Assembly: GCA_963783375.1 (NCBI GenBank)
Contig: CAWANH010000028.1
Location: 256,001 to 320,000 of the forward strand
Origin: Candidatus Eiseniibacteriota bacterium
GTDB lineage: Bacteria > Eisenbacteria > RBG-16-71-46 > JABDJR01
Direction: 5' to 3'
Length of the DNA: 64,000 bases
Numbering within the stretch: position 1 is the stretch's first letter; every line of letters starts with the position of its first letter. The notes beneath the pieces are model-generated. The model ran no database searches, had not been told where the DNA came from, and saw only the letters and a list, made by a program, of their open reading frames with translations. The position numbers and the translations under genes are program-made. This document shows, piece by piece, positions 58,262 through 64,000 of this stretch.

Positions 58262-58334
58262 TTTTATTCCTGAAAAATGACTTATCCAGAAAATCAATGA
58301 CATCTAAGCGCTTATTTAGTTGGGGTTTAGAAGG

Positions 58335-58682
58335 TTATCCACGCGTTTTCGACACGTCCCGGACCCAGCAGTACGCGGCCACCGTAGCCGGCATTCCCAG
58401 GGTTCCCGCGGCCAGGGCCACCACCTGCTCCAGCTCCTCAGGAGTGATCCCGAGCGCCAGAGCCTTCCGCACGCTGGAATGGACCGCGCCTTCCTGGCGA
58501 GCTCCGATGGCAATGCCGAGCTTCACCAGCCGCCGGGTCTTCTCGTCGAGAGGTCCGGCGTTCTTTCCTCCGGCGTTCACGAATTCCCAGGCCTTTCCCA
58601 GCTCCGGGAATCGCTCCACGAACTCGTCGTGGATACGCGGCGGCTTGGGAAGTTTGGTCTTGGCGGGTTTCCTGGTGGCCAT
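58335..58682 (-). CDS. Carboxymuconolactone decarboxylase/AhpD-like protein
   Basis: GPLDEKTRRLVKLGIAIG..GAVHS..RKAL..GITPEEL; no CxxC. Confidence 0.85.
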   Translation of the reverse strand: MATRKPAKTKLPKPPRIHDEFVERFPELGKAWEFVNAGGKNAGPLDEKTRRLVKLGIAIGARQEGAVHSSVRKALALGITPEELEQVVALAAGTLGMPATVAAYCWVRDVSKTRG

Positions 58683-58686
58683 CGTG

Positions 58687-59106
58687 TCACTCTCCCATGA
58701 TCTGCGCGGTGATTCTCCGCTCCCGAGCGCGGGTGTCGAAGTCGCACAGGATGATCTGCTGCCAGGTCCCCAGCGTCAACCGCCCACCCACGAACGGCAC
58801 GGTGAGGCTCGGTCCGAGGAGCGCCGCGCGCACGTGGGCATGGCCGTTGTCGTCCCCCCAGCGCAGGTGATGGCGGTACTCCCGGCCCGCCGGAGCCACC
58901 TCGTCGAAGAGGCGCTGGAAATCCGAGACCGCCCCCGGCTCGAACTCGATGGTGGTGAGGCCCGCAGTGGAGCCGGGCACGAACAGGGTGAGCAACCCGT
59001 CGGTTAGCCCGCTCTCCCGCACCGCCTGCTCGGCGTCCGCGGTGAGATCCCGGGTGTCGCCGTTCCCCCGGGTCCGGCAGGTGATGCTCGCGGTTCGAAC
59101 CGCCAT
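58687..59106 (-). CDS. yjbQ: YjbQ/UPF0047 family protein
   Basis: GSTAGLTTIE.E, Y.HH..DDNGHAHVRA, LGTWQ.I...DFD. Confidence 0.9.
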   Translation of the reverse strand: MAVRTASITCRTRGNGDTRDLTADAEQAVRESGLTDGLLTLFVPGSTAGLTTIEFEPGAVSDFQRLFDEVAPAGREYRHHLRWGDDNGHAHVRAALLGPSLTVPFVGGRLTLGTWQQIILCDFDTRARERRITAQIMGE

Positions 59107-59122
59107 CGCGCGCTCCTCCCTT

Positions 59123-60130
59123 TCATCTTGAATCGCGGCCGGTTCGAGGAGGGTCCGACGGGCCCGTATCCCCCGCTCCGGTCAGTAGATCATGGGTCTT
59201 CATCCAACCCAGAACCGCCTCGATCAACCGGGGCATCATCTCGTTCTCGTCGATCACCTTGTGTCCGGTCTCGAGCCAGAGCAGTTCCTTCGGCTCCCCT
59301 GCCGCATCGTAGAGAGCGAGCACCGACGCACGGGGGATGATCCTGTCACCGGATCCGTTCACCATCAAGAGCGGTCGCGGGGAGATCCGCGCCGCGTAGC
59401 GGGAGGGCTCGAGTCGATCGAGCCACGGGTTCATGGCCAGCGCAACCCCCGCCCGGAACCAGCGCGGCCCCCAGGGGAGGTTCTCCGCCACCACCCGCCG
59501 GACGTCGCCGCCGCCGTAGAGGACGGCCACCCCGGCGAAGCCGGGATCCGCCGAACCGGCGATCACCGCGGCGAACGCTCCCAGGCTCGCGCCGGCCACG
59601 GTGATCCGGCGGGGATCCACGTCCGGGCGCGTGCGGAGATACTCCAGGGCGAGAAGCAGCCCGCTCACCGAGGCCTCGGCCCCGCGCGCCGCCCGGGGGA
59701 GCGCGCGAAAGAACCCCACCGGTCCGGGAAACCGCGTGGGGGGGACGTAGGGATAGTCGAAGGAGAGGCGCACCAGCGCGAGGTCGGGGGAGGGCAGATG
59801 ATCGAGGGCCCGCCGCCCGGCCTGGATCCCCCCCAGAACGAGGAGCCCGGGGAGTCGGCCGCCGATGCCGGCCGGCCGTTCCACCCGGCAGATCAGTATC
59901 TGCCCGGCGCCTCCCGCCAGTCGGATCTCCTCCCGCAAGAGTCCCGGGACGGGCGAGGAACGGTCGATCGTATCGACACGCGACGAGATCCCCCCCAGGC
60001 TTCGAACCCGCGCCTCGGACCAGGGACTCCGCGGAAGAATCACCCAAAGGAGCACGGCGAGGACCGCCGCCGGCGGGAGCACCCGGACCAGGCGGGGCCC
60101 AAGGCGAGGAAACGGGCGGGCTTCACGCAT
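59123..60130 (-). CDS. Membrane-anchored alpha/beta hydrolase
   Basis: YLRTRPDVDP.RI..AGASLG, PLLMVNG..D.IIP, GH. Confidence 0.8.
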   Translation of the reverse strand: MREARPFPRLGPRLVRVLPPAAVLAVLLWVILPRSPWSEARVRSLGGISSRVDTIDRSSPVPGLLREEIRLAGGAGQILICRVERPAGIGGRLPGLLVLGGIQAGRRALDHLPSPDLALVRLSFDYPYVPPTRFPGPVGFFRALPRAARGAEASVSGLLLALEYLRTRPDVDPRRITVAGASLGAFAAVIAGSADPGFAGVAVLYGGGDVRRVVAENLPWGPRWFRAGVALAMNPWLDRLEPSRYAARISPRPLLMVNGSGDRIIPRASVLALYDAAGEPKELLWLETGHKVIDENEMMPRLIEAVLGWMKTHDLLTGAGDTGPSDPPRTGRDSR

Positions 60131-60374
60131 GGACGGCTCCAGGGCTCGAGGATCCGGACTCCGGGGAGACCCTCAGGGCTCCTTGTACCACGACCGGCTT
60201 CCGACCGCCAGGCGAGGGCGCCGCGGGATCCCCTCCACGGTCAATTCGTTGGAGGATAAGGAGTTGAGGCATTGCCGCGCGAACCCCTCAAGACTCATAC
60301 CGAATAGGAGCGATGCCGATAACCCGAGCACGGGCCGAAGACTGGCGGCCCGGATCCAAAGGGGGCCCACAGCT

Positions 60375-61943
60375 TTGTCGCACAAGAACAACCCCGTCCA
60401 GCATGAGGTGGAACGCCGCGGGTGGTACCTGTGGTTCGCCGCGTTCTCGCTCATCCTTGCATTCGCCGCCACCGTCCATGTTCTCCACCTCCGTCTCCTC
60501 GCCGTCCTGCGCGACTCGGGAGACGCCGGGGTGTGGCTTCGGAACGGGTACTTCACCGGCATCGGCCTCACCGGCCTGGTCTTCCTCTTCATCCTCTACA
60601 CCGCGCTGAAGCAGGTCCAGCTGCACCGGCTCCACGTCACGCTCAGCACGGAGGAGAGCGAGCTCGAGGATCTCCGCGCCCGGCTCTCCGAGCTCACCAC
60701 CCTGTTTCAGCTCGCCACCGCCCTGAACCTCGAGCTTACGGTGGACGCCATCCTGGGAATCATCGTGAGGCGGGTGGTGGCCGCGCTCAAGGCCCAGCAG
60801 GCCTCGATCATGCTCTACAACCCGAAAACCGAGCTCCTGGAGACCCGCGCCTACTACGGGGTCGGAGGGGAGTTCGCTTCGGACGGGAAGCGCCGCCTGG
60901 GGGAAGGCATCGCCGGATGGGTGGCCGAGCGCCAGGAGGCGATCCTCCTGAACGACGACGACCGGCATTCCGAGATGAAGCGCCACTACAAGCCGGAGCG
61001 CCAGATCACGTCCGCTCTGTCCGTTCCCCTCCGGGTGGACAGCGAGTGCGTGGGCGTGCTCAACGTCAACCGGATCAGCCACCCCGCCCAGTTCAACGAC
61101 CGCCAGCGCGACATCCTGCGGATCTTCGCCGAGCACGTCGGGGTGGCGATCCAGCGGGCCCTCACCCTCGGTGAGCTCCAGCGGAAGACGGTGGAGCTGG
61201 AGCGGGCCAACGTCCGGCTTCAGGAAGTCAACCGGATGAAGGATGTCTTCCTCTCCACCGCGAGCCACGAGCTCAAGACCCCGCTGACCTCGGTGATCGC
61301 CTACGCCGAGGTCCTGAACGATCACTCCGGAAAGCTCTCCGAGGAGCAGAACCGGGAGTTCCTGGGCCGTCTGCGCGGCGAGGCCGACCGCCTGCTGGGC
61401 CTCATCGAGGACATCCTGGACCTCACCCGGCTGGAGACCGGCAAGATCGAGCTCAAGCGCCAGACCATGCTCCTGAACCAGGTCATCCGGACCGCGGTGG
61501 AGACCGTGCGCCCCACCGCGGAGAAGCAAGAGGTTCTCCTCGAGGAGGACTACGACGACGCGGTGGACCTGGTCGAGGTGGACGAAGTCAAGCTCCGCCA
61601 GGCGGTGGTGAACCTCCTGGTGAACGCGGTCAAGTTCAGCCCGGAGGACGGCTGCGTGGTCGTCCGCACCCGGTGCGACGGCGGGGAGCTGGTGGTCGAG
61701 GTCCAGGACCAGGGGCCGGGGGTCTCGCCCGGCGAGGTCGCCCAGATCTTCTCCCTGTTCGGCCAGGGCGCGCGAGGCACGCCGCGCGGTTCGGGCGGGC
61801 TGGGAATCGGTCTCCACCTGGTGAAGGCGGTGGTGGAGCTCCACGGGGGTCACGTGGGGGTGAAGAGCTCGGCGGGCTCGGGAAGCACCTTCTGGATCCG
61901 CCTTCCCCGGAAGGGAACGTCGGAGATCACCGAGGCCGCCTGA
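60375..61943 (+). CDS. GAF-domain sensor histidine kinase with 2 TM helices
   Basis: GEGIAGWVA, SVPL..VGVLN (GAF); ASHELKTPL, NLLVNAVKF, DQGPG, GLGIGL. TTG start is approximate. Confidence 0.9.
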   Translation: MSHKNNPVQHEVERRGWYLWFAAFSLILAFAATVHVLHLRLLAVLRDSGDAGVWLRNGYFTGIGLTGLVFLFILYTALKQVQLHRLHVTLSTEESELEDLRARLSELTTLFQLATALNLELTVDAILGIIVRRVVAALKAQQASIMLYNPKTELLETRAYYGVGGEFASDGKRRLGEGIAGWVAERQEAILLNDDDRHSEMKRHYKPERQITSALSVPLRVDSECVGVLNVNRISHPAQFNDRQRDILRIFAEHVGVAIQRALTLGELQRKTVELERANVRLQEVNRMKDVFLSTASHELKTPLTSVIAYAEVLNDHSGKLSEEQNREFLGRLRGEADRLLGLIEDILDLTRLETGKIELKRQTMLLNQVIRTAVETVRPTAEKQEVLLEEDYDDAVDLVEVDEVKLRQAVVNLLVNAVKFSPEDGCVVVRTRCDGGELVVEVQDQGPGVSPGEVAQIFSLFGQGARGTPRGSGGLGIGLHLVKAVVELHGGHVGVKSSAGSGSTFWIRLPRKGTSEITEAA

Positions 61944-62007
61944 CCCGTCCGGCCGGAAATTTCCAGGGGACCGCGCTCCGATCGCGCCCCGGCCGGCGGA
62001 CGTGGCG

Positions 62008-63216
62008 TCAGTAGGCCTCGCCGATGCTCAGATAGAAGCCGCTCTGGTCTTCCCCGTAACCCTGATCCAGCCGGAGCACCAGGGAGTCCTCCCGGCTCAG
62101 GACCATCCGCGCTCCCCAACCCCAGGCGAGATGGAACCGATCGGCCCGAAAGCGGGAAACGGTTCCCGCGACCTGGCCGGCCCCGACGAAGAGCGCGGCC
62201 CCAAATCGTCCCGCCACCGGAATCCGGTCCTCCGCCTGGAACGCCGTAAGCTGGCGGTCGCGGAAACGACCCTCGTAGTAGCCCCGGAGCAGCCCGGCGC
62301 CGCCCAGGACCGGCATCCGGTGGAAGGGAACGGTGCCGCCGGAGAGCCGGGTGATTCCCCGGAGCGCGATCACCTGGGAGGCGAACCCGGGGACATAGCC
62401 TCGGGCGTCGACCAGGTAGCTTTGAAACGCATAGTCGCTCCCCAAGACACGGCCCGCCCCCCCGACCTCGGCCTGGAGGAAGACCCCCCGGGAGGGGCCG
62501 GTACGCCGGTCCCGGGTGTCGAACCGGGCCAGGGCCGCGGCGGTCCGGGTCCACCCCCCGCTGATCCCCGGGATCCCCCCCGCGGCGAGACGTCCACCCG
62601 CCTCGGTCCGCGCCAGGCGGAGATGGTCGGCGTTCACCCGCCCCCCGAGCCGGAATCCGGCCCCGACGTCGCGGATTCCCTGCAGGTTCGCGGTGAACTC
62701 CTCCGGCGTGTACTCCTCCTCCGCCCCGACCCGGGTGTCGTTTCCCATCCCGTAGAACGACGTCGGGAACTTCTGGTAGGAAAACCCGGCCTGGATCTCG
62801 ACCGCCCCCTCTTTCCCGTACAGCTCGGTCCCCGCCGAGAGGAGGCTCTGGCGGTTCTGGGTATGGATCCCGACCCCGAAGATCGAGGATCGGGGATCCT
62901 CCTGGTTCCGCCCGGCCCGGGGCCCGAAGAGATAGAGGGCCGCCGCGCCGCCCGCGAACCGGGTCTCCGGCGAGTAGTAGAGAAAGGGGATGGGGATGAG
63001 CCGGGGGGAACCCTGGCTGTCCGACGGGGCCGCGTCCGCGGGGTTCGGATCGGGGATCGCTTCCATCACCGCCGGGGCGGACTCCCCGGCCATGGGGTCC
63101 GCCGGCTCCGAGGCCTCGGCGCCGAACGCGCCGGCGGCGGAGGCCAGTACCGCGGCAGCCCCCACGATCAGGGCCCTCAGCGATTTCCCGGGGAGCGCCC
63201 GACTCCGAAGACTCAT
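62008..63216 (-). CDS. Omp85/BamA-TamA-family beta-barrel without POTRA domains
   Basis: PFLYYSPET, FYG.GN, DTRD...P..G, LGG..LRGY..GRF.D, G.G.R, terminal IGEAY. Alternative GTG start at 63273. Confidence 0.8.
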   Translation of the reverse strand: MSLRSRALPGKSLRALIVGAAAVLASAAGAFGAEASEPADPMAGESAPAVMEAIPDPNPADAAPSDSQGSPRLIPIPFLYYSPETRFAGGAAALYLFGPRAGRNQEDPRSSIFGVGIHTQNRQSLLSAGTELYGKEGAVEIQAGFSYQKFPTSFYGMGNDTRVGAEEEYTPEEFTANLQGIRDVGAGFRLGGRVNADHLRLARTEAGGRLAAGGIPGISGGWTRTAAALARFDTRDRRTGPSRGVFLQAEVGGAGRVLGSDYAFQSYLVDARGYVPGFASQVIALRGITRLSGGTVPFHRMPVLGGAGLLRGYYEGRFRDRQLTAFQAEDRIPVAGRFGAALFVGAGQVAGTVSRFRADRFHLAWGWGARMVLSREDSLVLRLDQGYGEDQSGFYLSIGEAY

Positions 63217-63269
63217 GGGATCCCTTCCGATCCTGGACCGAGGCGGACTTGGGTCCTCCCCGGCGCCGG

Positions 63270-64000
63270 TCACTCGCCGTGCTTCTTGGAGAGGCGCTCC
63301 AAGAGCTCCCGTTCCGCCGGGGTGAGACCCTCGATCCCTCTCTCCGAAACCTTCTCCAGCAGGATATCGATCACCGCCTGGTCGCCGGACCGCTCCCCCT
63401 TGGGGAAGGGTACGACCTTCGGACGGGAAGGGTTGCGCGTGAACCGCCCGCTCGTCCGGGGTTGAGGACGGGGGATCCCCGAGGGGAACCGGGCCAGGAA
63501 GACGAAGAATCCGACGGTGATCCCCAGAATCAGGAGGAAGAGCCAGAGACTGTGACCCACCACCTGCGGGAAGAGGAGCGCGGTGAGGAGGAGCCCGACC
63601 AGGGCGCCGCCGAGGTGGGCGTCGTGACCGATGTTCCCGTGGCGGGTCCGGATCCCGTAGATCGAGGTCAGGACGAAGAAGATGGCGTAGATCCAGGCGG
63701 GGATCGGGAAGTCGAGGGGGAAGATCCGGACGCCGCCGCCGGGAAAGAGGAAGATGGCCGCGAAGACCACCCCGCTCACCCCGCCCGAGGCGCCCAGGGC
63801 GCGGTAGTTCTCCCGGCGGTGGAGGGCCAGGGAAAGGAGATCCCCCCCGACGATGCTGGCGAAGTAGATGAGAAGAAAGACCGGAGCGCCGGCGGTCAGC
63901 TCGATCGCGCTCCCGAAGGCGAAAAGACTGAACATGTTGAAGCCGAAATGGCCCCAGTCGGCGTGCAGAAAGGCCGAGGTGAGGACCCGGTGATACTCCC
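63270..64000 (-). CDS. Rhomboid intramembrane serine protease with C-terminal DUF6576-like helix pair; 5'-partial
   Basis: YHRVLTSAFLHADWGHFGFNM, LGASGG, HDAHLGG, IDILLEKVSERGIEGLT..E. Confidence 0.9.
   Translation of the reverse strand, partial: EYHRVLTSAFLHADWGHFGFNMFSLFAFGSAIELTAGAPVFLLIYFASIVGGDLLSLALHRRENYRALGASGGVSGVVFAAIFLFPGGGVRIFPLDFPIPAWIYAIFFVLTSIYGIRTRHGNIGHDAHLGGALVGLLLTALLFPQVVGHSLWLFLLILGITVGFFVFLARFPSGIPRPQPRTSGRFTRNPSRPKVVPFPKGERSGDQAVIDILLEKVSERGIEGLTPAERELLERLSKKHGE

Noticed and set aside
58284-58297. FNR box upstream of the respiratory operon
   Set aside because: Only one half site (TTGAT on the - strand) matches.
63270-64000. Rhombosortase acting on TWG-tag proteins
   Set aside because: The tag lacks the TM helix that rhombosortase substrates need, and the enzyme looks like a general rhomboid.
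1-64000. tRNA, rRNA, CRISPR arrays, IS/integrase/phage or defence genes
   Set aside because: No such motifs, regularly spaced repeats or proteins were seen by eye.

Overview
High-GC, densely coding bacterial chromosomal window with about 50 genes. I found no rRNA, tRNA, CRISPR array or mobile element. Secreted proteins with FlgD-Ig/T9SS-like C-terminal domains and short 'TWGxxKxxY' tails suggest an FCB-related candidate lineage such as Eisenbacteria or Krumholzibacteria (inference). The standout is a tightly coupled 8-gene, 11.3 kb operon (46884-58196, - strand). It encodes an NAD(H)-type Fe-S flavoprotein, a Rieske protein, a fused cytochrome b6/subunit IV, a hexaheme cytochrome c, and a TAT-exported archaeal-type (pNar-like) nitrate reductase alpha/beta/gamma/delta, which together look like a possibly electron-bifurcating nitrate-respiring supercomplex. 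Other content: GH31, three GT-C-like membrane proteins, a sensor-less sigma54 activator, fadIJ, ispG/gdhA, RsbW/STAS, oppABC, an iodotyrosine deiodinase with a likely CTG start, a MacAB-type exporter, a receiver-TrxR/cNMP-kinase/mtgA operon, arginine deiminase, a POTRA-less Omp85 and a rhomboid. A recurring 25-bp dyad lies in or near four AT-rich upstream regions. Two clear and one probable single-base frameshifts sit in homopolymers and look like long-read sequencing errors. All calls come from motif recognition by eye; no database searches were run.
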